Position numbers and translations under genes: made by a program
Notes under the pieces: model-generated
What the model was told of the DNA's origin: nothing
The model's database searches: none
What the model saw: only the letters and a program-made list of their open reading frames with translations
In this document: in pieces, positions 1 through 13,403 of the stretch
Layout: every line of letters begins with the position of its first letter
Numbering within the stretch: the first letter of the stretch is position 1
Assembly (NCBI GenBank): GCA_002633005.1
Contig: NMRA01000060.1
Location: forward strand, 462,809-526,808
Length of the DNA: 64,000 bases
Source: Phoronis australis
Lineage: Eukaryota > Animalia > Phoronida
Reading direction: 5' to 3'

Positions 1-2
1 AT

Positions 3-2081
3 TTGGCACAGCAACGTAAAGAAGCGTATTTATCACAGGAACGTATGTCCAACAGGGAGAAGGACTTTCAGGGACGGAGATCTCCAGAAAATCGCTCAGG
101 TTATGCAGTTTATGTGAAAGAGAAGTATAAACATGATGACCACCCAGCATCAAGGAATAGAAATGTTGATGGACTGCCAGACAGGAAGACTGCTTCAAAG
201 GAAGAAAGCTATTCTCGTGAACTTGTCAAAGATGAATGGGGTGAACCTCGCAATTTTGAAAGTTCTTCACATTCGCTAAAAGATGCTCAATCCCCCAGAG
301 GTGGGCGCCGTCAGTCGCTACCGAAATCTGACTGGGAGAGAAGCAACAGACCACCAAAACACCCTGAGATGAGAGGCCATGCGAACATTGCTGTAAACTA
401 TGAACATGAGAGGAACGTACCTTCTCCTCGTGAACTTTCATCTGGGAACCTTGAACGTTCTTTGAGAGGAAAAGAAGGTTATTCCAGAGATGCACAATAC
501 CAGCCTATAGACCCTGATCATCCTAGAGCTCTTGCTTTAAACCCTTCCAGAAATCAGGCTGAATATTTCAGAGGGAGTGAGCATCCTAGAGGTCGAGATA
601 TGCCTCCAGGGAACAGCAATAATCCTTTTACAAGATCACACGATTCTTCTCGAGAAAGAGCAGGTCATTTGTCAGATGACAGACATAGGCCACCTTACAA
701 GGAGTACGAACAGTCTTCTAGAGGCCAGGAGCCCCCACTAAGGAACTTTGTTCCTGGAACCCAGGATCCCTTTTTAAGAGGCTCTGAAATTTCTCAGGGA
801 GTAGACATTCCTCCCAAGGGTCATGAGCATCTTACAAGGGGTCATGAGCCCCCTCATGTAGAATATGACCATCCTTCAAGAGGTCGTATAGCCCTACCAA
901 AAGGCTATGAACACTCCCCAAGACGCCATGGGCCCTCTTCACCTGACTGCAAATCTCCTAGAGGTAATGAGATCCTGATGGGCTATGAGCATCTGCCAAG
1001 GGACCAAAGACCTCCCTTTAGGAGCTATGAGCGCTCTCCAGTTCAAGAGCCTACCCCCATAGGTTATGACCCCAATCAAAGATGGGAGCAGCACCGCAGA
1101 GGTTACGAACAATCTCAAAGAGGTTATGAACCACTTCCCAGAGATTATGAGCATTCTTCAGAGAATCGTGAGCATCTTTCAGAGACCCGTGAGCCTCCTC
1201 TGAGGGGTTTTGATCATCCTCCAGAAAGCCATGAACTTCCTTCCAGGGTATATGATGACTCGAGAAGAGGCAGCAAACAATTCTATTCCAAAGAGGAGTT
1301 GCAGGCTGATAGGCCTCCTAGACAGATCTCCAGACAACCAAGCCCATCTAGACATCAAATTCCACCTAGAGACCAACATCCACTTGGCCATGACATTGCA
1401 CCCCAAAGACATGAGGTTTCACCAAGGCTTCACGAGGCACCACCGAGAGGACCCAGATCACCACCGAAAGGTCCCAGAACACCACCTGGTGAGCCACCGA
1501 AGAATTATCCTAGAGAACTCAGAGGGCATACTTTTGTTGGGAGACATTCCACTGGAAAAGAAGCTCCACCACAATTTGCCAGAAGTCGCAGTCCCCGGCC
1601 CAGGCATTCACAGCCTGAAGCTATTTCTGAGAGAAGAGGGCCAGGTTCTAGAAACCAAACGTCAGATGATGGTTTTGGGCAAGCAGAAGCAGTGTCAAAG
1701 GAGAGAAGTAGAAAGGAATTGACAACTAATGACCCAGGGAAAGGTTTGCCTTTAAGCAAAAGAAGTTCTTGTCCAGAGGGTAGAAATTCACATCAGAAAG
1801 AGTCGACGTTTGGTCCAAGAAGTCAAGAGGGTAGAAATTCATCTCAAAAAGAGTCAAAGTTTGGTCCAAGAAGAAATCCTTATGTCGAAGCAAAAGGTGG
1901 ACCAAAACAACACAAAGAAAGATCACCTGTGCCCAACACTTTGCAACAGCAAGGTGCCTTGTCAGCTGAAGCACAGGGTTCATCACTTCTGGCTCCAGAA
2001 GCCATTGAAAACTTGAGAAGGATGGGATATGAAGGTGACCCAGAAGACTTTGTACGACTGGTGGCCTCAATAGGAAGCATG
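3..2081 (+). CDS. Large coding exon (5' end outside or at the edge of the window) of an uncharacterised Arg/Pro/Ser/Glu-rich low-complexity protein (gene 1)
   Basis: The frame is open from position 3 for more than 690 codons and ends at ATG|gtaagt (donor at 2082, phase 0). It contains ~7-aa repeats (GYEHSPR, RGYEQSQ, RGYEPLP, RGHEPPH), SP/RS motifs and a 51-nt duplication (EGRNSxQKESxFGPR, ~1776-1872). The ORF tail after 2081 is intron read-through. Confidence 0.85.
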
Positions 2082-2290
2082 GTAAGTGTTTTCATTGTTT
2101 GTTAAAAACATTAAAATGTTTATCTAGTTCAGTATTTGCCTCAATAATAATTGCAATTACAGTACAAGTAAAGACAAAAGTGGGGCATCATTGCTGCAAT
2201 GGCTGCAAATTACACTTGGATAGGGTTCATTGAGCTTGAGGGTCGTAAACCTTTTATGACCTTCAGAAAATGTCTTCTTATGTTTTACAG

Positions 2291-2353
2291 GGAGCAGCTC
2301 CTGCTGTGGTAAATCCTCTTTTAAGCAGCACTTCCATTGGTGTCATGCCCCAG
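2291..2353 (+). CDS. Internal 63-nt exon of gene 1 (GAAPAVVNPLLSSTSIGVMPQ)
   Basis: Acceptor tgttttacag| at 2290 and donor CAG|gtaagt at 2354. Phase 0/0 and open in frame with both neighbouring exons. Confidence 0.8.
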
Positions 2354-5330
2354 GTAAGTTGTCACGTGCTGACTTGTTAAATGTTGAGAAGTTTCCATGT
2401 ATGTTAGGTAATATAAGTGTTTAGGAAACTTGCATTAAGCAAGCAATGGATCATATCACCTCATCTTCTCCTCAGGCATCACTCTCAGGAATACTGTAGA
2501 TCTCATTGACTTGTCATCAGTAAGAAACAACTTAGTAGACAGATGTTGCATGCCTTCATGATTTGTATTCATGGGGAAGGCCTATATGTGTTTCTTCCAT
2601 CTGATGCCGATGTAGTGTGGAAAGTGATGAAAATGACTTCATTCAACTGTCGATGATGACTATTCTTCAAAAAATATATAATTGTAATTGGCGTTATATC
2701 TAAGAGGTATCGTTGGTGATGAAAAGTTACCTTCAGGAAAGCTGTATGCTGCGGTGGTGAAAAAGATCATCAAAGTACTGCGTTTAACAATGGCATGGCC
2801 AGTGATGACTGACTCACTCCTTCATACTTCCTTACATCAGTGGTATCGTCTGTGATGAAAGATGCGTCTGTGTTGACGGGTTTCTCTCAGAATACTTCAT
2901 GCGTCAGTTTTGTGACAGCAAGAAACGATTAGTACATAAGTGATGATACTTCCTTCAACACAACTCCTTGAAGCTTTACTATAATGTACAAGACAGATTT
3001 CCCAAGTTCATACTTCCACATAACAGGACTGTATCCAATGAAGAAAGGTGCCCGTCATGCATCTCAAACTTGCTTGCATGTCACTACACTTTCTTCAATA
3101 TGAGCATACAAGAGAGACAGGGTCACGCATTTCATGCTGTGCTGGTGAGACTAGTTGAGAAAATATTCCTTCAAGCAGTGGTGTGTGATGTTTGCGACAG
3201 TACCGTGGAATGCACTTGACAAGGTGGCGATAGGGTATTTGGTGGACAGCACTCTGCATTCTTATGTGGATTTAGTTCAGTGGGATATCTCCAGTATTTT
3301 TGCGTATGAATTCTTTGCGACCAGCATACTGTCAAACTACTACTGTTGTGGAATTGGATTTTAAACCGATTCACACAAGCACACCACTGAAGGTGGTTGG
3401 CCGTAGCTCATAGCATTCATTGTTGTGAATACTTTGGGGGCAACCCAATTTTTTCTATGTCATTAGCTTTAATACACCTATATTTCAAATTCCATAAACT
3501 TCCCATGTCTACACTTGCACATTTTTTTAAAAAAGGTGTTTTGCTTCAAGAAATATTATGGAATTCTCTGCCACTTGGTGGCACTTTTGTATTAAATTGA
3601 CCAGTCAGAGAGCCAGGTTGTATTGTTGTGCTGAATACATGTAACTTTGATATGGCAACTCCCATGAAGTGAGATGCCTATATGATTTAAGGTTTATAAA
3701 ATTTTACTGAAGCTGAAGCAGCTTACTGAAGCATCCTGGCAAAAACTGATGGACTGTGTGACTCCATGGGTCAATATAGATGGAAAAGAACTGCAGGTGT
3801 CACGAGTATTTCTGCAAGAAAACAGCAGCTTAGCCTTTGCCCAACTGACTTATAACACATCATGATGTAGTATAGAAGACTACTGGCTATGGACACAATA
3901 CAAATTGAAAGGGCATGACAGAGCAACGTTTCAAGACACAAGCAAAAACAACATCAGCAACTTTGGATTGTGATGGTGGAAATCACAAGATGATATATAG
4001 TCAATCATAATAATGCCAATGGTGCACTCACCGAAGCACATCCAGACTTTGTTCATATTTCTGCCACCAGGTGTTACTATACAGTCATTTTAAAATTTCA
4101 CTGTTGGCAACTCTTCTACTAAAGTGAAACATAATGTGAGTGTATTATTTTTAAAGACAATGATATTAGTGAGATGTGATTACTTGTTTTACATAAAAGG
4201 TAGGAAAAGTAATGTTTTTACATGTATAACTTCACTAAGCTCTTCCCTAAGTGTAAGTTGCTTCAATCTCAAATTTCTCATATATGTCCGAACATTTTAG
4301 ATTTTGGAAACACTATTAGTAAATGAGTTAAAAACACCAAAATGAAACTGCCCCCTCCCCCTTAAGTTCTCACAACACTGTTTTCTAGAAGCCCGACAAA
4401 ACGCTGTCCACCGCCTAAAATGTCCATGAATGAAGTAAATTGCTACTGGCCCCTATCATCTCGGCCCATCTCGGAGGACAGAATTTGAATTTGGGTCAAG
4501 CATGAGACACGTGTGTGCTCTCACAATTCTAAGGAGCAGCATTATTGCTGGTGAATGCATTTTCACTGTCCCTGTACTGGATTGCGATATCAATGATGAG
4601 TACATTCAAATGTCATTTTGAATGTTTAAGGAATGTCTTCCTCTAACACCTTTTTGGAGATTTTCTACGACCTTCGAAGAAAGCGCTTCTTTTGCACAGT
4701 TCAGTTCAATTCCAAACTAGATGTTTGACGCGAAGTGACCAGTGACGAAGTATTATTTGACACTTTTTATTTATCGTCAAGGCAGCGAAGGAAAGGGTTG
4801 TATTGAAGTGGCGATATTAGGTAAATCGAATTGCTTTTCGATTCGGGAAAGAAGTACTATCAGTTTGGAGTGTTGATTCCTTCGACAAGGTCTTCGTGCA
4901 GCTGTGTTATGTCGTACAGATTCGCTTCAATTCGTCTTAAGGAAATTGTTTGCTCAGTGAAGAATGACCTAATACCCGTTTCCGTGTTCATGGTTGGAAA
5001 TGTACTTCGGCATGCATCCATCTATCTTAGGCACAAGCGGTGCAGCGTTGCTTTCTTCCATAACACCTGCGTCGCCTCCAGTACAGGGTGCCTCAAGTAA
5101 CCACAACATATCCCAAGAAGATTCGGTTATGCTCAGGAAACCAGCAAGGTTTTTCTATATGCACAATAATTGAGAAGCTCTTTAAAGTCGTATATCTAGA
5201 TAGAATTTCATCAGTTTTGTCAAAAGAAAGTTTTCTTGTGCTACTGCATCCTGGAACTTTTACCTATTAAGAAAAAATATTTGGTATTTTCATGTTAAAT
5301 ATTTGAACCTCTTGTGGATGTCATTTTCAG

Positions 5331-5660
5331 GCCATTCCACCTTTGTTCGATCAGAGCATCGCATTGGTTGACAATGTTGCCTTACCTAGGGCTATACAGA
5401 TCATGTCGACCCTTGACCCAGCTGTCCTTCAGTCACTCAATACTGGTGACCCTAGAGCCCTAGAGATGTTGCAGCGCAGCCTCAGCCCAGAAATGCTACA
5501 GGCTCTGGCCGCCCTCAGTCCACAGATTATACAGGCCGTTGGTGGGAATGTGCCACCCCAGGCGGATGGCGGGAAGCGTGAGGGTCACCGTAAACAGCGC
5601 GGAGGACGTAGACATATCCCAAAGAAATCACCTCCACCTCGCTTCCGTGATAGATGGTAG
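5331..5660 (+). CDS. Terminal coding exon of gene 1 (AIPPLFDQ...PRFRDRW*)
   Basis: Acceptor tcattttcag| at 5330, phase 0, in frame with ORF 5343-5660. TAG stop at 5658-5660. AATAAA at 5678 and further candidates downstream. Confidence 0.8.
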   Translation, partial: AIPPLFDQSIALVDNVALPRAIQIMSTLDPAVLQSLNTGDPRALEMLQRSLSPEMLQALAALSPQIIQAVGGNVPPQADGGKREGHRKQRGGRRHIPKKSPPPRFRDRW

Positions 5661-8481
5661 AGCGAGAGGTCTGAAGAAATAAAGCGTTTGCCCTAGTAAG
5701 ACTGTTGTATTATGGAGTTTGTATAAACAATTACTACTGCAGTCGATTCGAACTAAGGAGTTGACCGATGAGTAACCCTTTTTGCAACCCAGTGGAAACC
5801 GCAAGTTTACCTATGTCATTGAGGGGACAGGTTGTTTAAAATTTGCTAGACAGTCTCAGCTGAATGAAGTTTTTCGTAAACATGAAAACTCCATGACGTG
5901 ACTGGATCTGTGTGATGTTAATGAAATGAATAATGGTGTAAGGTCGTACGCACTCTGAATTAAACAGCGTAGAACCTGGACAGGACAACTTTGAGTAACT
6001 TTCGCTATGGTTTGTGGCGACTGGAAATAGAATAAAGAAACTCACTGGAAAGGCTGTTCACGAAATGTCAGTTATCGTTGACAGTGCTACATAAATGAAT
6101 CTGGGCGGCTATTTTATCGCCATCAGGAAAACGGACCGTTGATTGTACAAGTTGCTCGAAACTTGGCACTTGGGCTTAAGATGATTAGCCATCAGAAGAT
6201 CGGACGCGGCCTGGGGAACTGAAGTGGTAGATCAGAATCTACTTGCAAGTCGAAAGAGTGAATCATTGCGTTATTGCTATATGGAAGAATGTAAGATATG
6301 TGTCAGACCATCTGGCATTAGACTGAGACTGTAGCAGTTGATCAACTCTTAACTCCTCATCGAAAGTGTGGACCAACGCATTACTGCTACGTCATGTAGG
6401 CAGGAAATCCGTGAGACCCTAAGGTACGGAACTATATCTGTAATGGAGGATCATCTTGTAACTTGTCATCTAAAGGTGAGGCCTCGCTTATTGATGGAAC
6501 CAAACATTTTGCATGAGAAATGTTCGAATCCCTTTGGTGTGAGACCACCTGCAGCGACGGGTCAATTCTTTAGTCGTCATTGAAAGAATGGACCAGTCTG
6601 TTGCTTAGTGCTGCAGTAGAGGATGTTTGATGTATGCAATGCACCAGACCCCTGAGTACGGGAGTTGAGCTGCAGCAGAGGACGAACTGTGGGTTTTAGG
6701 GACTTGGTATAGCGGTGACTCTACTCTTGTCATCAAAAAGGTGGACTAGTGGGGTACTTCTGCATCAAAAGATTGTATATGGTGGCCCAAGAAACGCGCG
6801 TCAAGCTCCTGTGGTGTGAGACTATAGCAGTGGACGAACTGTGTTCGCCATCAAAAGGGTGGACCTTTGGCTTACTGTAACATTTGAGGATGGTATATGT
6901 AAGAAACACATCAGACTGGAATATGAGGTTGTGGCTGTGGCGGTGAAGCAACTCTTCACTCGTCATTGCAACAGTGAAGGAGCCATGTTACTGTCACAAT
7001 AAAGGATTTTTGGTTAGGGAAGTCAGGAAGCTGTAGTAGTGTTCAAGCTCTTCGCTCGTCGTCGAAACAATGAATGAGCGTGACACCACTACAATAAGAG
7101 ATGCTATGTGTAGGAACGTCTGGAATTAGAATATCAAACTGTAACTGTCTTGGTGGATCAACTCGTCATCGAAGGAATAGAGCATTATGTTACTTGGCAA
7201 CTAGAGCTTATTTGTGTCTGAAAATGACGAAAGCTGGATGGTTTATCAAGCCAACGTGCCATCTTAAATGAACACTGAATTGGTGTGTACATGTATTCTT
7301 AAGAAGGAATTTCTTTGTCCTGTTACCTGGTGAAACATTTGATGGGAATGTCTTGTAGAAGTGCGAATGTGACGTATATTATTTGTCTGTGTCTAGCAAC
7401 ATTTGAAGTCTGCGGTTTGTGTCTACCTCTTATGACCTTTGCTAAGCACCGACTAATACAGGTACACCAGTCTGCATATAGCATATATTGTGCAGTATTT
7501 TGGGAATGGATGCGACTGATAGACAGTTGTTCTCATCAGTAAATGAGTCGCCGTGAAGGAAAGACGTCCATGTCGTGAGCGTCGTTAATAATGCTTGCTG
7601 TGTTGAAGTTGGCCTTGAAACATGTGGGTGCAGGAGAAGGATTAGGTAATCTTCTTTGGAAATATATGCGCTTGTACCATCGGTGCGATGATTTTAAATG
7701 AGATAAATGAACGATGATCAAAAAGAAACGTACTTTATAGGTTTAGGGTTTCTGCTCGTTTGACTTCAATTTTACTTAAAATGTTACTGAACGTTTTTAA
7801 CCTCTCTGGTTTTCGTAGTAGGTAAGGATTTTCAGGGCATCCCAAATCAGGAGTGGCTCAATGCTCGTCGCTCAGATGGATGTGGTTATCGTGACTTCCA
7901 GTAGCCGGAAGGTCCGATAAGTCGACACGTTTTGCTTACCAATGTACCTACGGTGTAGCCTGCTGCAACAATTATAATGTCTGATAGATAAAAGTCCGTA
8001 TTAAACTCTGTACTTCGAAGGTTATTTCGTACAGTAAGCCTGTACTCGGAACATTTAAAGGTATGGTCTTAAAAACCACATGGCAGACGTATCGTTGGGC
8101 CTCGAGACTAATCATCTAAACCAGGAAATTTTGTTTATGTGAATCGTATTTCACTCGTGTCTCTTTAGTGACGACGGAACTAGGTAAGATAGATTCACTG
8201 GATGATTGGCTCACGAAAGTTGCCTCGATTGCGGTGATGTTCGTTCTTCAACGCTGCTTTAATGTTTTCAAACTTTTAAATGGTGTACATGTAGAATTGA
8301 GGTTTGAGTTCATGCGTTTAGCGTGTAGCCCAACCCACTGTTTATGTAACTTTTGATTGAAGCTCATGTTCTTTATTTGCCTCGGTTGCTTCCAACTTGT
8401 GGTAGTTATGTTTTCTTGGTGTGACATTGCCAATTTGTAATTCAGAAGACGGAAAATTTCCTTTTAGCAGTTGTAAAATCG

Positions 8482-8857
8482 GGGGTACCATAGAATCATG
8501 CGCACGAACATCGCATGTTAAGCACGAACCAACTACGAACTTATGAGTCATGCGCACGAGCCCATGGATCATTCATACGAACCAGAAAATCACGCACACG
8601 AACCAAACTTATGCGCACGTACCACAAAAATCTCATCTACCGGACACAAATTATACACACGAGCGTTCCAGTCACGCCAAACGGTAAATTGTACGTGTGA
8701 TTTGATGCTCATGTGCATGATTTTGTGTTCGTATGTGTGATTTTTGCGGTTCGTGCTCATGATTTTTGTTCGTATGCGTGATTTTTGGATTCGTATGCAT
8801 TATTCATAAGTTCGTGCATAAGATGCGATGCTAGTGCGTATGATTGTATGTTACCCC
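8482..8857. mobile_element. Foldback/MITE-like imperfect palindrome with internal ~20-bp subrepeats
   Basis: The left end GGGGTACCATAGAATCATGCGCACGAACATCGCAT matches the reverse complement of the right end (GGGGTAACATACAATCATACGCACTAGCATCGCAT). The arms are built from cacgaac / gttcgt subunits. Confidence 0.75.
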
Positions 8858-10285
8858 TGAAAATACATCGGTAAAAGGACATTTTTCGTCCTCGTCGCTG
8901 CTTAAAGTTTGTTAGCTAAAATGGTCTCATATTCCTTGCCGTGGTGTTTTTAATTTCGCTACCAACTGAACATCGAAACCATCAGCGACTCGACGAAACG
9001 CTTCAGTTTATTGAGGTTGGACAGCAATTGCGAAAATGGTGCATGTAGGCATTGCCTGTGACTTGAGTTGCCGGCTTGTTCGGCTACTAAAGAACGGATA
9101 AGTGAGTGTCTGCCCCCAAAGCAAAAATTAATGTAGTTTAACAACGGAGAAATGCCCCCTTAAGTGGCATGTTACAAGACTTTATGACTAAATGATTGAC
9201 CTTACGAACTAAGTCACAGGTGTTTCCATGCGATAGCAAATTCCACTCATGCCTGAAGAGGTTGTCCAGGACACGACAGGTAACCTTGAGTGTCAACGTG
9301 TCACTTTGAAAGGGCTGGTCAACTTCACCATGACGTCGACAACATCCGGGTCGTTTAGGTCATATGGAGGCGCACTGCTAATTTACTGTTAATGGTTGAT
9401 ATCAGCTGCAGTCGTGTTCAGTCAAGTTTGATTATATAATTGCATGAGCTTGTTTATTTATTTCATGTTGAGACCTAAGTTAATACTGGGATTGCATTTT
9501 TGTACGCTATGTATTGTTATGGGGTCCCAAATCAGCTTGGTTTTTCGGGATACCGACACCTGGTACAATACAGCTGTTGTAATTCGTAACGCGGTTTGTG
9601 AACGGAAAGTCAAGTTGTTTTAGCTGTTAGTACGTGTAAGATGGTCCAACTCCAGTTTAAATTTGCTCCCATTTTATGCGTGGCGCGTAAAGGCAGTTGC
9701 TAAATTGACATTATCAGCGAGAAAATTAATTTTCTCAAATCAGCCCCTGCGAGAATCGAGATTTAAGGGAATTTAACTACTGAAGTCACCGGCTTTGATT
9801 TCACCCACGGGGCAGACTGGGTGAGAATTGAATTAAAAGTCGCAAAAACGAATTTCATTGTTTTACAGCTCTGATCAAAGCTAATAAATTCGAGAAGTCT
9901 ATCCCATCCAACAATAATCTGATATAATATCTATAACAATAATCCTAGAAATACGTTCTTCGGTCGTAAAACGGCAATGTCCCATTAATTCCTAATGTGA
10001 AAAACTTGAACGTCATCTCATGTGCACGTCACTTTGTCGCTTTCATAAACAGGTAAAATGGGGCATCACGTTCGAGATAATGCTCTTACGACCGAGTTTG
10101 CATCCGGATTTGATGAAACGGGCCCCAAGAGACTGGTGTTTAGGCGTCAAAACCGACAGATTTTGAGTTTGAAAGTAAAGCTAAATCAAATTGACTAGGA
10201 GTCTTGACGTACGCCCCGCGACATTTTAGCATCTTAAATATGATTGTGTTCTACGTTAGCGTTGTTTAGTGACCTCTATGTATTT

Positions 10286-10521
10286 CATGCGCGCACCCAG
10301 TGGGGCTTGTTCGAGCTCCCCATTTAGTGAGGTGGGCGAAAAGGTCCGCCTCTGAGAAGTAAAACCTTCGCAAAAAGTAGAATACGCGACAAAAGTCCAG
10401 TTCAAGGCAGGAACTACCAAAATTCGGCGAATGCTCTGAACATACCCCGTGAATCTTAGTAAAAGGTCCACATTCTCAAAAATTCAAGCCCTCCGTTTTT
10501 ACTAGGCTGGGTGCGCGCATG
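10286..10521. mobile_element. MITE with 15-bp terminal inverted repeats (family A, copy 1)
   Basis: TIRs CATGCGCGCACCCAG (10286) and CTGGGTGCGCGCATG (ends 10521). The internal sequence, e.g. tagtaaaaggtccacattctcaaaaattc, recurs at 31217-31443. Confidence 0.8.
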
Positions 10522-10871
10522 CATTGTAAATCATTTGGTGAACAGCTTTAGTTTACGTTCAATTGAAAGATGTTTCTGAAGCATCCTAGTAGGAGATGGT
10601 TAGATATGTATGTTCATGTGTGTCTTTGCGTCGTGCTTTTCGCTTAGTGACTTTCTGTCGATTTGAGCATTGTAATTTCTTGCCTGACAATTTTGGTGTA
10701 GCGTAAGTGAATAAACTAAGTTTACTATGTGTAGTTGTAGTGAATTTCTCCACCGTCACCCGAGTAGGAATCAATCGGAAGGCACGTTCGTGTTATCTCT
10801 AAAGAGCGCCAATATGATCACGAAAAGTACGTACCTTGGGACTGGACATTTTAACATTCAAAGTGATTTGT

Positions 10872-10878
10872 GGGGGTN

Positions 10879-10926
<48 letters not shown>
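10872..10926. repeat. Poly-G run containing an N (length probably unreliable)
   Basis: About 50 G with an ambiguous base at 10878. Shorter N-associated G runs occur at ~27135-27151 and ~56723-56734. Confidence 0.85.
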
Positions 10927-10927
<1 letters not shown>

Positions 10928-11015
10928 GATGCTGTAAATATAGGGGCTGAACTGCCCATGAAAGGGGTAGGGTAAATTGCGATGACCGGTAATGTCATGA
11001 GTTTAAAAAGCGTTA

Positions 11016-11130
11016 AGTTGTGGGTTGTGCAATATGCGAACTGTCCTTTATAATAGAATTGTGGGTTGCGCAATATGCGAACTGCCCCTAAAATGAAATT
11101 ATACGTTGCTCAATATGGGAGCTGCCCCTT
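11016..11130 (+). repeat. ~41-bp tandem repeat, about 3 degenerate copies
   Basis: The motif caatatgcgaactgcccct recurs at ~11030, ~11071 and ~11110. Confidence 0.65.
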
Positions 11131-11646
11131 AGCATAAAATGAGACATATCCCTCCGTTAACATTTGGTTTTTTTTTTACCCCGAACGCCACAGCAAGCCT
11201 AAGTCGGACAGTGACAAACCCGCCTAATCGGTTCACAAATTATGTCCCTGGCTTAACCGCGATAATGAAGAAAAACTTCGCCAATATCGCTTATAAGGCA
11301 TCGATTTTAAAAATTCAGACGACTGCTATTCACCGTTTTTCGATTTTAAAAAAGTAAAGGCAGTCATGGTGGTCGTGTACTTTACAATTATTGTTCGTTT
11401 TTCGACTTTAAAACGCTAAACAGCCGTGTTAGTTTAGGACCGCAGTTATCTCATCCAACACATTCAGCCAAGCCCATGAATAGCAACAAGCTCGATCGCT
11501 ACAATCCGTGATTGCCCATCAAGCCTTTGATGCGCTGAGCACTTCAGTCCCTGCATGGGTAGACATACATATAGGCTGAGGAAACCAGCGCACGCTTTCT
11601 CGTCCACTTGTGTGCAAATCCCGTTAGCGTAAGATTTGACTTTAGA

Positions 11647-12891
11647 TTTTTATGCGCCCACATATATTTATATGTGGACGCATTATGCCGTCATCTCCGT
11701 CCATCCGGCGTCCGCTGCTCTATCTCCAAAACCCTTTGACATACGTTCATGAAATTTGGCACTCAGTATGTTCCATTCATGAATGGGACGGCATGAGCGA
11801 ACTTTTGGACGGATCCGACTACCGGTGTGCCCCATAGTGGCAATTTTATTTTTTTACGCTTGCCTTTTGGTATCTTCAAAAGTTCTTAACGGATTTTCAT
11901 GAAATTTGGGGTAGGCACCTATTAGTGACTGATGACGCTATCCTCCCGTTTTCGGATGGATTCGACGTAGTTTGCGCCATCTAGTAGCCGTTTTTACTGT
12001 TTTCGAGTTTTTTGGGGTCCACTAATCTATCAACCAAATTGGCATGTATGTTTTAACTGTGAAGTGGACGGCTGACGATGATTTTATGACTACTTCGACT
12101 ACTGGGGCGCCGCTTAGTGGCAGTTTTAGTTTGCGCTCATGGCTGTGTCTCCTAAACTGTTTGCAGGATCTTCACTTAATTTAGCAAGTGCATTTATATG
12201 ATGTTGACTACGGGTGACGACGACTTTCGCACAGGTCTGACTACTGCTGTGCCCCCTTGTGGCAATTTTAGTTTTTTAAGTTTAACTCTGTATGAAAGGT
12301 CCTCAACAGATTTTCGATAAATCATATGTTTAAATATAGGCATCTATTAGTGTGATGACGCTATCTTCCTGTTTTTGGATGGAATCGAGGTATTTTGCAC
12401 CATCTAGTGGCCATTTTTGCTGTTTTCAAATCTTTTTTTTGGCGTCCACCCCTGAATCAACCAAACCTTTTTAAAATTGGCATATATGTTCTCAGTGTGA
12501 AGACAATCTTTCATTTGACTGACTACTGTGGCGCCTCCTAGTGGTAGTTTTGTTTTGCGCCCATAGCTGTATCTCCTAACCCACTGCAGGATCTTTATTA
12601 AATTTAGTAAGTGTATTTATATGAAGACAACAACAGACGACGACGACTTTCAGGCAGATCCAGAGGACACTGTGCTCACTAGTGGCAATTTCATTTTATT
12701 CTGTTTTCCTTTGTTTCTCTGAAGTTCCTTGACTGATTTTTATGAAATGTGGCATGTTCCTGTTTTTGGATGGTTTTTATGTTTTTGCGCCATCTAGTGG
12801 CCATTTTTATGTTACAAATAAATAACCCTAAAAGCACACCATTTGCAATGCATTCGTGGGCACATTTCAGCACTCTGCGTTGCTCTTGTTT
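11647..12891 (+). mobile_element. Helentron/HINE-like (pearl/DINE-1-type) non-autonomous element, copy 1
   Basis: The 5' T-run is followed by a hairpin (atgcgcccacata...tatgtggacgcat, 11652-11683) and a short ccgt-like microsatellite. The core is tandem subunits (atgaaatttggc, ctagtggccatttt) with a ~425-bp higher-order repeat. The 3' subterminal IR gtgggcacat (12856) is followed by a small hairpin and cttgttt. Confidence 0.65.
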
Positions 12892-13397
12892 AAATGTTCA
12901 TACAAGTTTTGGACGTTAAGATGACGATGGAAGACATTTTCTGATGCGCTCAGGCACAAACCCAAGATTGCGTCCAGCCACAAAAGGATTTGACAGACAA
13001 CCGGGAGGGGATTCATACCCTGCATTCTTCCAATATAACAATATAAAAATGGTCAAACCAGTGGCCCACAGTTTTCAATATAAAGCTTAATATTAGAAAG
13101 TTTCATTCAGGTAAAGCTACAAAGCATAAGTTTGCAGTTATAATTTGAAATGATTTCATTCTTTTGTTTCATCTGGTTTACTGCATCGATCCGATATGTG
13201 ACAAAGCGAAACAAATTGATATTTTTTTGAAAACCTATGTAAAAACCATCAGCATGATTTTGGTTCAAGTCATTTAAATATTAAACGGAGCGAGTTTTCC
13301 AAGCATGAAACCTCAAACATTGTTACTTGCAGCAATGTCAGAACCAATTGAAGCTTCTGTGCTCAGTTAAAAATAAGATGGAATTAAAATGAAGCAG

Positions 13398-13403
13398 TTT
13401 ATT
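13398..13403 (-). promoter_or_regulatory. Candidate polyadenylation signal of the CYB5R gene
   Basis: AATAAA on the - strand ~1.1 kb past the stop codon, in AT-rich UTR-like sequence. Use is not demonstrated. Confidence 0.3.

Noticed and set aside
226-2095. Overlapping alternative-frame and antisense ORFs in gene 1 (and likewise 53329-54667 in the neuropeptide gene)
   Set aside because: These are shadow ORFs of long real coding exons with no independent features.
10727-11073. Poly-Gly / poly-Pro ORFs
   Set aside because: They are produced by a poly-G homopolymer containing an N.
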